Assembly: GCA_035623315.1 (NCBI GenBank)
Contig: DASPTR010000189.1
Span: 1 to 55,998 of the forward strand
DNA from: Candidatus Acidiferrum sp.
GTDB lineage: Archaea; Thermoproteota; Bathyarchaeia; Bathyarchaeales; Bathycorpusculaceae
DNA: 55,998 nucleotides
Direction of reading: 5' to 3'
The translations under genes and the position numbers were made by a program. Under the pieces are notes generated by a model. That model did not search any database. It saw only the letters and a program-made list of their open reading frames with translations, and was not told where the DNA came from. Below, piece after piece: positions 1 to 8,607 of this stretch (position 1 is the stretch's first letter; every line of letters begins with the position of its first letter).

Positions 1-728
1 GTTTTCCCATAGATTATCATTTTCAAAACGTTGAATATGCTGTCCTGCCTGTCCCGATAGCTGAGCCAAGAAACTTCGTCATAGCTCAACTTCCTCTTGC
101 CTTGAGCCAGAGCCTGAAGATCCATAACAGCTGAGCGGACATCGCCCTCAGACCGTTGGGCAATAAACTTCAAGGCCTGCTCATCAGCGTCGATTCCCTC
201 TTCAGCACATACGCCCTTCAAAAACTTCGCAACCTCTCCGGCTGCTGGTTTCTTAAATTCAAGCAGCAGGCAATAGTTGCGCAGGTTTGAAAACCTGGGA
301 TCATAAGCACTGTCAGCGATAAGAACTACGGGGCACCGAGCGACTTTAACAACGTCTGTTATGGCCTTCACACCGCCCTTGTCCGACGTGCCTGTCAACC
401 CGTCAAGTTCATCGAGCAGAATGAGCCTTTTCTCGCCGAACAGCGACCCGAACTGGGAAGCTAACCCAGCGAAGTTGTTTATCGCATCTTCTGTCCGGTA
501 ATCACTCGCGTTCTTCTCCACAAACTCCATATGCAGATCAGCCGCTAAGGCTTCGACAGTAACCGTTTTCCCCACGCCGGGAGGACCATAAAAGAAGACG
601 GCCCTTTTCTTAGGAACCTCCTTGTCCCAGGACTTAACCCATTCAACGAATTTCTGGACGGTTTCCTTGTTTCCCACGACTCCGGCAAGAGTCTTTGGCC
701 TATGCTTAACAGTCCAAGCTGCAAACAT
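1..728 (-). CDS. rfcL: Replication factor C large subunit (clamp loader). N-terminal part only; the gene runs off the window start.
   Basis: Not in the ORF track because it is edge-truncated. My translation from the ATG at 728 reads MFAAWTVKHRPKTLAGVVGNKETVQKFVEWV...FFYGPPGVGKT (Walker A), LILLDELDGL (Walker B) and SEGDVRSAV (GDxR box). It starts 11 nt downstream of the rfcS stop on the same strand. Confidence 0.85.
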   Translation of the reverse strand, partial: MFAAWTVKHRPKTLAGVVGNKETVQKFVEWVKSWDKEVPKKRAVFFYGPPGVGKTVTVEALAADLHMEFVEKNASDYRTEDAINNFAGLASQFGSLFGEKRLILLDELDGLTGTSDKGGVKAITDVVKVARCPVVLIADSAYDPRFSNLRNYCLLLEFKKPAAGEVAKFLKGVCAEEGIDADEQALKFIAQRSEGDVRSAVMDLQALAQGKRKLSYDEVSWLSYRDRQDSIFNVLKMIIYGK

Positions 729-738
729 TAGTCGGCAC

Positions 739-1710
739 CTAATCTCTTTTTTTCAAATCCAAACCTGCCTCTACAAGTTTGGCAAGCAAGGCACTCAGCT
801 GAACCTCCTCATCTGAACCCTCAACAAGCCTGAAGTCAACTTCACCCACGATGCCAGCAAGCCTTATCTTCCAAAACTCGGGAACATCGGACCTAAAGAT
901 TTCAGAGTGAATCTGACGGATTACGTCACTTCCAGCGACGCCGTACTTTTGAATCATCTCCCGTAATTGCTTCCTAGCCTCCACGAAATTGCCGTCCATG
1001 GCAGTCTTTATCATCTTCTGCACATCCGCAGGATGAGCCCTTCCAGTTATCGAATACACCACTTTCGCATCCACTGGCTTTCCCAACGACGCCGCAGCCT
1101 GCAGAGTATTTGTCGCCCTCCTCAAGTCACCAGCGCAAACCTCGAAGATTGCGTCCAAACCTTCTCTTGACAATTTGACTCTTTCTTTCTCAGAAATCTC
1201 GCTCAAGTAACGATCATGCTCCTCTCTAGGCAAGTAAGTAAAACGGAAAGGAGCACACCGAGACTGAATAGGTTCGATTATTTTTCCACTGTAATTCGCA
1301 CACATGACAAATCGACAGGTCTCCGTATAGCGTTCCATAGTTCTCCTGAGCGCCTGCTGAGCATCAGAAGTCATGTTGTCAGCTTCATCAAGTATCATTA
1401 TCTTAAACGGAATTTCACCGATAGACTTCACTCTCGCAAAAGTCTTCACTGTCTCCCGAACGACGTCAATTCCTCTCTCGTCACTAGCATTCAACTCCAT
1501 AACGTGCTCCCGATAAACCTCACCATAAAGATCCCTTGACAAGCACAAAGCCGCAGTGGTCTTCCCAGTCCCGGGAGGCCCAGCAAAAATGCAATGAGGA
1601 ACATTCCTCGACTTAACGAAACTCTTCAGTCTCTCAACAATCTCTCTTTGGTCAACGAGATCACTCAACGTTTTCGGGCGATACTTCTCGGCCCACATTT
1701 CAAAACTCAA
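739..1710 (-). CDS. rfcS: Replication factor C small subunit
   Basis: Motifs seen: KYRPKTLSDLV (box II), GPPGTGKTT (Walker A), ILDEADNMT (Walker B), QSRCAPF (SRC arginine finger), GDLRRA (box VIII). The track start at 1710 is TTG. The in-frame ATG at 1698 (MWAEKYRPK) is the more likely start. Confidence 0.95.
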   Translation of the reverse strand: MSFEMWAEKYRPKTLSDLVDQREIVERLKSFVKSRNVPHCIFAGPPGTGKTTAALCLSRDLYGEVYREHVMELNASDERGIDVVRETVKTFARVKSIGEIPFKIMILDEADNMTSDAQQALRRTMERYTETCRFVMCANYSGKIIEPIQSRCAPFRFTYLPREEHDRYLSEISEKERVKLSREGLDAIFEVCAGDLRRATNTLQAAASLGKPVDAKVVYSITGRAHPADVQKMIKTAMDGNFVEARKQLREMIQKYGVAGSDVIRQIHSEIFRSDVPEFWKIRLAGIVGEVDFRLVEGSDEEVQLSALLAKLVEAGLDLKKRD

Positions 1711-2129
1711 TCAGGCAACCTCCGCGTCAATAGTTTGTTTTCATGGATTAATAAGAGTATAGAAACGCGGTTCTAGGTTATCGATACATTCGCTCTAATG
1801 CGAAAGACGCATTTGAAAAGTTAGTCGACATCATACGCCTCCTCTCTGAAAACAGAAAACCGGAGGCAAACGCAACAGTAGTGATAGTCAGCAACAAATC
1901 CTTCTTCAACCAATGCTTGAACAACTTCTAAAGTTTCACTCGAACCTCAGCTCTTGCCGCAACAATGTAATCCTCAGGCTCATCTACCATCGTTGCCCCG
2001 TCAAAAGCGTATTCCAACCGTATCAAAGATTCGAAGACCTCGAACAAATTCCAACAAGAAAGTATCATGAATTTTCTATGTTCACGAATGTTCACAAGTC
2101 GATCAGTTTAAAGCAATACTTAAATGTGA

Positions 2130-3788
2130 ATGCAGAATACTGAGTTTACTCCAAAAAATGATGTTGAGGAGAGACGAAAAATGACTGAACGTGTACATAA
2201 AAACAGTGCTTACCTAAACGGCAAATCAACCACCGGAACACAAACTCGCGTCAAGGACACAAGCCCAACCAGCGGAATGTGTCCCATTTGTATACGTGAC
2301 TGCCCATTCCTTTGTGAAATAAGCATGTCAGCATTCAGAGGAAGAGAAGCGCTCTATCCAGAACCAGTGCAATTTGGCTACAGCACAGCGGGAGCCCTGA
2401 AAGACTTCGGCTTAGACTGGTCACATTTCAACATACAAGCAGGCCTCTTCGAAGCAGATGGAATCGAGCCGGACTCTGATAAGACAATATTTCCAAATGT
2501 GAACATAGAATCAAAGGTCGGGGGTATACCACTTAAGGTCCCTATCCTGAACGGCGCATTCGGCTCAACTGACGTTGCAAGGCTGAATTGGGAAGGCCTA
2601 GCAGTAGGTGCAGCAATCTCTGGCACATCCATAATCGTAGGAGAAAACGTCTGCGGCATGGATGCAGAAGCACAAATCACGAACGGAAAAGTCACCCAGT
2701 CAAAAGAGCTAAAACGAAGAGTTGACCTGTTCAGAAAGTTCTGGGATGGAAAATACGGCGACATAGTCGTGCAGACAAACGTTGAGGATCAGAGACTAGG
2801 CGTCGACGTCTACGCTATTTCGAAGCTCGAAGTGAACGTCATCGAAAGAAAGTGGGGACAAGGCGCAAAGGCAATTGGCGGCGAAGTTCGAGTAAGAGAC
2901 CTTGAGAAAGCAAAATTGCTGAAGAAAAGAGGGTACATTGTTATCCCTGATCCAGAAGACCCAACAGTCCAACAAGCCTTCAAAGAAGGAGTGTTCAAAT
3001 CCTTCGAGAGACACAGCAGAGTCGGCATTCCAAAAGAAAAAGGCTTCCTCGAAGACATAGAATGGCTGAGAAAACAAGGCGCGAAACACGTAACGCTGAA
3101 GACAGGAGCATACAGACCCTCTGCAGTTGCCTACACGATGAAGATGGCATCAGAAGCCAAAATCGACTACGTATCGTTCGATGGAGCTGCAGGCGGAACA
3201 GGCATGAGCCCCGTGCCAATGATGGACGAAATGAGCATACCCACAATCTACCTAGAAGCCATAGTCCTTAAGTGCGCTCAAATGTTGAAAAAGAAAGGAC
3301 GCTACGTTCCAGACCTGATCATGGCAGGAGGTTTCATAGAGGAAACATCCATCTTCAAGTCCATCGCAATGAGCAATTTCGGAGACGGCCCATTCATAAA
3401 AGCCGTGCTGATGGGACGATCCCCAATAACCGCGGCGTTCAAGGGCAGCTACTTCAAACAGCTCTCTGACGAGGGCAAATTGCCAAAAGCCTTCGCAGAC
3501 AGATTCGGCGCCACACCAGAAAAGTTCTTCATCGCAGCACCTGAATTAAAGAAAAAATACGGTGAACGCTTCAAGGAAATACCATGGGAGGCCGTTGGAG
3601 TCTACACGTACTTGACAGATCGCGTCGGCGTCGGACTCAAACAGATGTTAGCTGGCAACAGGAAATGGAAGCTGGATCTCGCAAACAGAAACGATCTGAT
3701 GAGCCTTTCCGAAAGAGCATCAAAAGTCACAGGCATACCCATGCCGGACGAAGTCGAAAAAGGCGCAATCGAGAAAATCCTGGGTTAG
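2130..3788 (+). CDS. Glutamate synthase-related FMN-binding protein (GltB domain-2-like)
   Basis: 552 aa. The N-terminal Cys cluster CPICIRDCPFLCE and later blocks (GGEVRV, HVTLKTGAYRP, FDGAAGGTGMSP, IMAGGF) match archaeal stand-alone GltS FMN-domain proteins. An alternative start is the ATG at 2181 (MTERVHK). Confidence 0.7.
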   Translation: MQNTEFTPKNDVEERRKMTERVHKNSAYLNGKSTTGTQTRVKDTSPTSGMCPICIRDCPFLCEISMSAFRGREALYPEPVQFGYSTAGALKDFGLDWSHFNIQAGLFEADGIEPDSDKTIFPNVNIESKVGGIPLKVPILNGAFGSTDVARLNWEGLAVGAAISGTSIIVGENVCGMDAEAQITNGKVTQSKELKRRVDLFRKFWDGKYGDIVVQTNVEDQRLGVDVYAISKLEVNVIERKWGQGAKAIGGEVRVRDLEKAKLLKKRGYIVIPDPEDPTVQQAFKEGVFKSFERHSRVGIPKEKGFLEDIEWLRKQGAKHVTLKTGAYRPSAVAYTMKMASEAKIDYVSFDGAAGGTGMSPVPMMDEMSIPTIYLEAIVLKCAQMLKKKGRYVPDLIMAGGFIEETSIFKSIAMSNFGDGPFIKAVLMGRSPITAAFKGSYFKQLSDEGKLPKAFADRFGATPEKFFIAAPELKKKYGERFKEIPWEAVGVYTYLTDRVGVGLKQMLAGNRKWKLDLANRNDLMSLSERASKVTGIPMPDEVEKGAIEKILG

Positions 3789-3799
3789 CACCCCTCACC

Positions 3800-3811
3800 T
3801 TTTCTTTTTTT
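3800..3811 (+). terminator. Oligo-T tract directly after the GltB-like stop
   Basis: The tract tttttctttttt begins 12 nt after the TAG at 3786-3788. Archaeal termination typically uses T-runs. Confidence 0.45.
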
Positions 3812-3958
3812 CTGCAAGAAAATGGCAAGCTTTAGATTTCCAATGCTTTAGCTTGTATGGAGAAGATTAGTGCAAAGCAAGCCATGTTATAATACTAAGC
3901 GAAGAGCGTGTATTTTATAAGGGAGTCTTGATCAAAGGTTCGTTATCAATTTGGAACG

Positions 3959-4222
3959 GTGCAAAACGTGAAAGCCTACATACTGATAACAGCAAGACGT
4001 GGGACGGCAGACAAGTTGGCCGAAACTATCAGGAAGGTCAAATTTGTCAAGAGTTCTGAATGTGTGTACGGCAGGTTTGACGTGATCGCAATCGTAGAAA
4101 GCCCGGAAATGAAGAGCCTCAGCCGCATCGTTAATCAGATCCAAAAATACCCGCAGATTATTCATACAGAGACTGCTTTCTCGCACCACGCGGAAGACTC
4201 AGAATGTGAGATATCGGAATAG
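3959..4222 (+). CDS. Stand-alone Lrp/AsnC-type ligand-binding (RAM) domain protein with no HTH
   Basis: 87 aa with a GTG start. VKAYILITARRGTADKLAETIRKVKFVKSSECVYGRFDVIAIVESPEMKSL follows the beta-alpha-beta-beta-alpha-beta RAM pattern. The protein is too short to include a DNA-binding domain. Confidence 0.6.
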   Translation: MQNVKAYILITARRGTADKLAETIRKVKFVKSSECVYGRFDVIAIVESPEMKSLSRIVNQIQKYPQIIHTETAFSHHAEDSECEISE

Positions 4223-4481
4223 CAAGGTACAGTTGAATAGAGTGCGGGCTCTCAAACTAAGCGACGTAGAAGACGCTGATCACTCTAATTCTATCGTCGT
4301 GAGATAGTTCCTCTCTGATCCTTTGTCCTTTTTTCTTGGTTTCTTCCCCGTTCTTCGCTTTGTGCTAACGCTGACCATTGAACCGCGCACCGGATGTTCG
4401 ATTGATGAGCATAAGTAACCAGGAAAGAATGAGGATAAAAATAAATATGGGACGGTTGGAGTTACTGCGAGGCGCTGAAAT

Positions 4482-5831
4482 TTGGAAAAATACACAGAAG
4501 GTATCTACGACAGTATAGTTGCCAAGGATCCTCTTCAAAGAGAGTTCCATCAGGCAGCCTATGAGGTGCTCGCTACCATTGAGCCTGCTATTGAGAAGTT
4601 CCCGAAATACCAAGAGAACGCGATTCTCGAACGCATTGTTGAACCTGAAAGAATCATACAGTTCCGTGTCCCGTGGAAGGACAAGGATGGAAAAGTACAG
4701 GTAAACCGCGGTTACCGTGTGCAGTTCAACTCGGCAATCGGACCCTACAAGGGCGGCTTTCGATTTCATCCCACAGTGAACCTCGGAGTCTTAAAGTTCC
4801 TGGGTTTCGAACAGACGTTCAAGAACAGCCTTACCACTCTTCCCATGGGCGGTGCCAAGGGCGGCTCCGACTTCGACCCTAAAGGAAAAACTGACCAGGA
4901 AGTCGAGGCTTTCTGCACGAGCTTCATGATCGAAATCTATAGGCACATCGGCCAGTTCGTCGACGTGCCAGCAGGCGACATCGGGGTTGGAGCACGAGAA
5001 ATCGGCTACATGTACGGCGCCTACCGAAAGATTACCAACAACCATGGAACAGGAGTACTCACCGGCAAAGGCCTAACCTTCGGCGGCAGCCTCGTTAGAA
5101 CTGAAGCCACAGGTTATGGTGCGGTCTATTTCAGCGAGGAGATGCTCAAGACCAAGAAAGAAGAGATCAAAGGCATGACCGCGATCATCTCGGGGTCTGG
5201 CAACGTTGCCCAATATGCAGCTCAGAAGCTTATTCAGCTCGGTGCCAAAGTACTCACCATGAGCGACTCCGACGGGTACATCTATGACCCAGCTGGAATC
5301 GATGAAAAGAAACTAGACTACGTGCTCGAACTCAAGAACGTAAGAAGAGGACGCATCCGCGAATACGCTGAGAAATTCAAGGGAATAACGTATGAGGCGA
5401 AGAAAACTCCATGGGGCGTCAAGGGAGATCTCGCATACCCCTGCGCGACCCAGAACGAACTCAACGATAAAGACGCGGATACGCTTGTGAACAACGGCGT
5501 CAAAGCAGTCACCGAAGGCGCAAACATGCCCTGCACTCTAGAAGCCATCAAAGTCTTCCAAGATGCAGGCGTACTCTACGCGCCTGGCAAGGCCAGCAAT
5601 GCAGGAGGCGTTGCAACGAGCGGTCTCGAAATGGTCCAGAACAGTCAACGCTACTTTTGGAGCTTCGATGAGGTTGACCAGAAACTTCACACTATCATGA
5701 TCAACATTCACAAAAACGCCTACGACACTGCTACACTGTTCGGCCAACCAGGCAACTACGTGATGGGTGCCAACATTGCTGGTTTCCTTAAAGTAGCCGA
5801 CGCAATGATAGCCCAAGGCATATACGCATAA
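4482..5831 (+). CDS. gdhA: NADP-specific glutamate dehydrogenase
   Basis: 449 aa with a TTG start. It has the classic GDH active-site block LPMGGAKGGSDFDPKG and the dinucleotide fold ISGSGNVAQYAAQKL, and reads as hexameric GDH family end to end. Confidence 0.95.
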   Translation: MEKYTEGIYDSIVAKDPLQREFHQAAYEVLATIEPAIEKFPKYQENAILERIVEPERIIQFRVPWKDKDGKVQVNRGYRVQFNSAIGPYKGGFRFHPTVNLGVLKFLGFEQTFKNSLTTLPMGGAKGGSDFDPKGKTDQEVEAFCTSFMIEIYRHIGQFVDVPAGDIGVGAREIGYMYGAYRKITNNHGTGVLTGKGLTFGGSLVRTEATGYGAVYFSEEMLKTKKEEIKGMTAIISGSGNVAQYAAQKLIQLGAKVLTMSDSDGYIYDPAGIDEKKLDYVLELKNVRRGRIREYAEKFKGITYEAKKTPWGVKGDLAYPCATQNELNDKDADTLVNNGVKAVTEGANMPCTLEAIKVFQDAGVLYAPGKASNAGGVATSGLEMVQNSQRYFWSFDEVDQKLHTIMINIHKNAYDTATLFGQPGNYVMGANIAGFLKVADAMIAQGIYA

Positions 5832-5836
5832 ACTCC

Positions 5837-5845
5837 TTTTGTTTT
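5837..5845 (+). terminator. T-rich tract after the gdhA stop
   Basis: ttttgtttt lies 6 nt after the TAA at 5829-5831. Confidence 0.35.
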
Positions 5846-6069
5846 CGTCAAAGAATAAGATTTGAATGCTGTTGCAAGATTCTTGCAAATAGGGTATAGG
5901 TTCTTAGACTAGGGCTCTTATATCTGCAAACGATATAACTTGAAAGAGAGGGGGAGGAGTTACGCCGAGAACAGTCTCGTCAAGGATCAACTGTCTGGAC
6001 TTCGATTTCGAACACGAACCCAAGAAAATCGTTGCAAACAGGAACTGTCAAGAAATCAAACTCGCAGGT

Positions 6070-6531
6070 TTGAATGTTGGTCCTTTCGAAGAGGGAAACG
6101 AATACGAGATTTACAATTGGACCGCCTGCGAATTGGAGAAGTCGGGAATCGTCCACTTCCGCGAAGACGAAAATTTGAATTTGGCGAAGCTTAACAAGCT
6201 TCAATGGTCCGAACGTGTCCAGACGGTTGGGCAAATCCCGCAATTGCCCGTAGATTTCTATCCTAGACTTCGAAGATATCTTGCAAGCCTAAGAAAGGAG
6301 GCTTCCAGAAGCCCCGAGAAAATGCTCGAAAATGAGAAGGCGCGGCAGTTAACGCGCGATATCGTAAATTCGAGGCTGAAAAGGATTGTTTCAATTGCCT
6401 CTGCTCCCGCACAAACGGAACAAACACTCAAAAACCTGGCAGCCGAAGAGCGGTTCCTTTATGATCAGCTTTACACGTTTATCAATCGGTGGCGCACGCA
6501 GATACTGCAGCACGAGGATGGAGAAGAATGA
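6070..6531 (+). CDS. gins23: GINS subunit, Gins23 type (B-domain N-terminal, A-domain C-terminal). The 5' end is uncertain.
   Basis: The A-domain DFYPRLRRYLASLRKEA...ARQLTRDIVNSRLKRIVSIA parallels the Gins51 paralog at 13532..14080 (DFYARLADYVRKLGEES...AKRMIRELIRARYGKLVKKA). The gene stops in an ATGA overlap with the mcm start, the known gins23-mcm linkage of Sulfolobus. TTG at 6070 is the only canonical start, but the open frame continues upstream to 5944. Confidence 0.65.
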   Translation: MNVGPFEEGNEYEIYNWTACELEKSGIVHFREDENLNLAKLNKLQWSERVQTVGQIPQLPVDFYPRLRRYLASLRKEASRSPEKMLENEKARQLTRDIVNSRLKRIVSIASAPAQTEQTLKNLAAEERFLYDQLYTFINRWRTQILQHEDGEE

Positions 6532-8570
6532 GTGAAGGGCTAGAAACCGTAGACCCACAAGAGCAGTTCCAAGAATTTCTGAAAACTGAGAAATATCGCC
6601 AGAGAATATCCCAGATGGCAGTAGGCGGCAAAACATCCATCACGGTAGATTTTGAGGACCTCTTGGCTTTCGACCAAAGATTGGCTGATCAACTTCTCGA
6701 GAGACCTGAGGAGTACCTGAAGCACGCGAACAACGCGGCGTATGATCAGCTTCGGATAGAAGACTTGGAATACGCGGAAAAGCTGGAAGCAGAAGCGATC
6801 ACCGCTAGAATAGTGAGACTATTGCAGCCTGCGCCGCTGCGTCGACTCGGCTCAGACCATATTGGAAGGCTCGTGATGGTTGAGGGAATAGTTGTCCGTT
6901 CAACACCGGTTCGCCCGATGGTGATGCAGGCAGCCTTCAAATGCAAGCGGTGCGGCGAAATCACCCCCATCAACCAAACCGGCCAATTCGTCAAAGCTCC
7001 ATTCGTCTGCAGTAACCCTTCATGCGGCGCAAAAGGACCATTCGACTTCGTCCAAGAAGAATCCTCATTCATAGATTCCCAGGATCTTCGCCTCCAAGAA
7101 AGACCGGAAGATCTTCCTCCCGGGCAGCTTCCGCGTGTGCTAAATGCCAAGCTAGTAGGCAGCGAAATAGTTGATGTTGCAAGACCTGGAGATCACGTTT
7201 CCATCGTCGGTATCGTTCGAGCGTTCGCACCTGCGCGGCCAGGAGTCGGAAAACTCCGCACCTTCGTGCTATTCTTGGACGTCAACTCAGTTGAAGTTCT
7301 AGGAAAAGAACCCGAAACATCGATGCCGTCTCCAGAAGAAGAAGAGAAAATCCTTGAACTTGCAAAAGATCCGTGGATACATAGGAAAATCATAAGCTCA
7401 ATCGCACCATCCATCTTTGGATATGACCATGTGAAGGAAGCGATAATGTACCTTCTTTTCGGCGGCGTGCACAAAACGCTGCCTGACATAGCGATAAGGG
7501 GAGAAATCAACTCGCTCTTGGTCGGAGACCCGGGAACAGCGAAATCCCAACTGCTTCAATACGTGGCCAGAATCGCGCCGCGCGGCTTATACACTTCAGG
7601 GCGCGGAACAACCGCGGCAGGTCTAACAGCGGCCGTCATAAGAGAAAGAGGCGGGGGCATGACTCTCGAAGCAGGCGCACTCGTGCTAGCTGACAAGGGA
7701 ATCGCATGCATCGACGAAATGGACAAAATGCGTCCAGAAGACAGAGTAGCCATACACGAAGCGATGGAGCAGCACACGGTCTCAGTGGCCAAAGGCGGTA
7801 TCGTTGCAACGTTGAATGCCAGAACAGCGATACTTGCAGCTTCTAACCCTTCTTTAGGCAGATATGAGCCGCATCGCACCGTTGCTGAGAACATTTCGCT
7901 CCCAGTGACGATCCTTTCAAGGTTTGATTTGATCTTCGTCCTGAGAGATGTGCCGAACAAGGAGTCAGACGGCAAAATGTCCGCGCACATACTTGAAATC
8001 CACAGAAAAGGACTGAGCCCTGCAGAGGCTCCCATACCAGTGGACATTCTGCGAAAATACGTGACCTACGCGAAGGCCATCAGACCTGCTCTTACGCCAG
8101 AGGCGATACAGCGCATAAACGACTTCTACTTGGCAATGCGTGGGGCGAGCGAAGCTGAAGGCTCGCCTGTGGCAATCACTGCACGCCAATTGGAATCCCT
8201 CGTTCGTATAGCTGAAGCGAGAGCCCGCTCAGCACTCAGAAAAGAAGTTACAGCTGAGGACGCTGAAGCCTCTATTTCGATGATGAAAAGATCGCTTGAA
8301 GAGGTTGGGATAGACCTTTCCTCGTACAAGATGGACATCGACATAATAATGACTGGAAAACCCAAGAGCGTCAGAGATAAACTGCAGACTGTGCTGTCGA
8401 CCCTGATGGAATTGGAGAGAGAAACAGGCATGGTTGAGCGAACGGCACTCTTGAATGAGCTGGAAGACAAATACAAGGTTCCTAGAGGTGAAGCAGAAAA
8501 ATTGATGGGACAACTGCTACGCGAAGGAACAATCTACGAACCCAGAGAAGGATACCTGAAGAAGACATAA
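6528..8570 (+). CDS. mcm: MCM replicative helicase
   Basis: Motifs seen: zinc motif CKRCGEITP...CSNPSCGAKGPF, Walker A GDPGTAKSQLL, Walker B CIDEMDKM, arginine finger SRFDLIF, and a C-terminal winged helix. The likely start is the ATG at 6528 (MSEGLETV), overlapping the gins23 stop; the track ORF begins at 6489. At about 680 aa it has no intein. Confidence 0.95.
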   Translation: MSEGLETVDPQEQFQEFLKTEKYRQRISQMAVGGKTSITVDFEDLLAFDQRLADQLLERPEEYLKHANNAAYDQLRIEDLEYAEKLEAEAITARIVRLLQPAPLRRLGSDHIGRLVMVEGIVVRSTPVRPMVMQAAFKCKRCGEITPINQTGQFVKAPFVCSNPSCGAKGPFDFVQEESSFIDSQDLRLQERPEDLPPGQLPRVLNAKLVGSEIVDVARPGDHVSIVGIVRAFAPARPGVGKLRTFVLFLDVNSVEVLGKEPETSMPSPEEEEKILELAKDPWIHRKIISSIAPSIFGYDHVKEAIMYLLFGGVHKTLPDIAIRGEINSLLVGDPGTAKSQLLQYVARIAPRGLYTSGRGTTAAGLTAAVIRERGGGMTLEAGALVLADKGIACIDEMDKMRPEDRVAIHEAMEQHTVSVAKGGIVATLNARTAILAASNPSLGRYEPHRTVAENISLPVTILSRFDLIFVLRDVPNKESDGKMSAHILEIHRKGLSPAEAPIPVDILRKYVTYAKAIRPALTPEAIQRINDFYLAMRGASEAEGSPVAITARQLESLVRIAEARARSALRKEVTAEDAEASISMMKRSLEEVGIDLSSYKMDIDIIMTGKPKSVRDKLQTVLSTLMELERETGMVERTALLNELEDKYKVPRGEAEKLMGQLLREGTIYEPREGYLKKT

Positions 8571-8607
8571 CGAATCTCCATGAAGCCGTCGAGAAACAAG
8601 TCTAGTC

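Noticed and set aside
1760-2075. Minus-strand small ORFs upstream of rfcS: a 46-aa ORF, MILSCWNLFEVFESLIRLEYAFDGATMVDEPEDYIVAARAEVRVKL, followed by out-of-frame protein-like stretches. I considered a frameshifted small gene or a toxin-antitoxin relic. The + ORF 1913..2143 was also examined.
   Set aside because: I recognise no motif. The pieces are short and in different frames, and neither has a convincing start context. The region is left unannotated.
2378-3271. A stack of antisense and off-frame ORFs inside the GltB-like gene. Similar shadows occur inside mcm (6746..8513), ppsA (39761..41481), srp54 (45459..46088), the PAC2 genes, aIF2alpha, pus10 and others.
   Set aside because: They overlap long ORFs that carry unmistakable family motifs. 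Their translations are low-complexity (Ser/Arg/Pro-rich) and carry no motifs, so they are typical shadow ORFs.
6489-8570. An intein or other insertion in MCM, PpsA or the primase subunits.
   Set aside because: All lengths are normal for intein-free versions, and the helicase and kinase motifs are contiguous. The longer PriS is explained by a zinc-knuckle insert, not by intein blocks.
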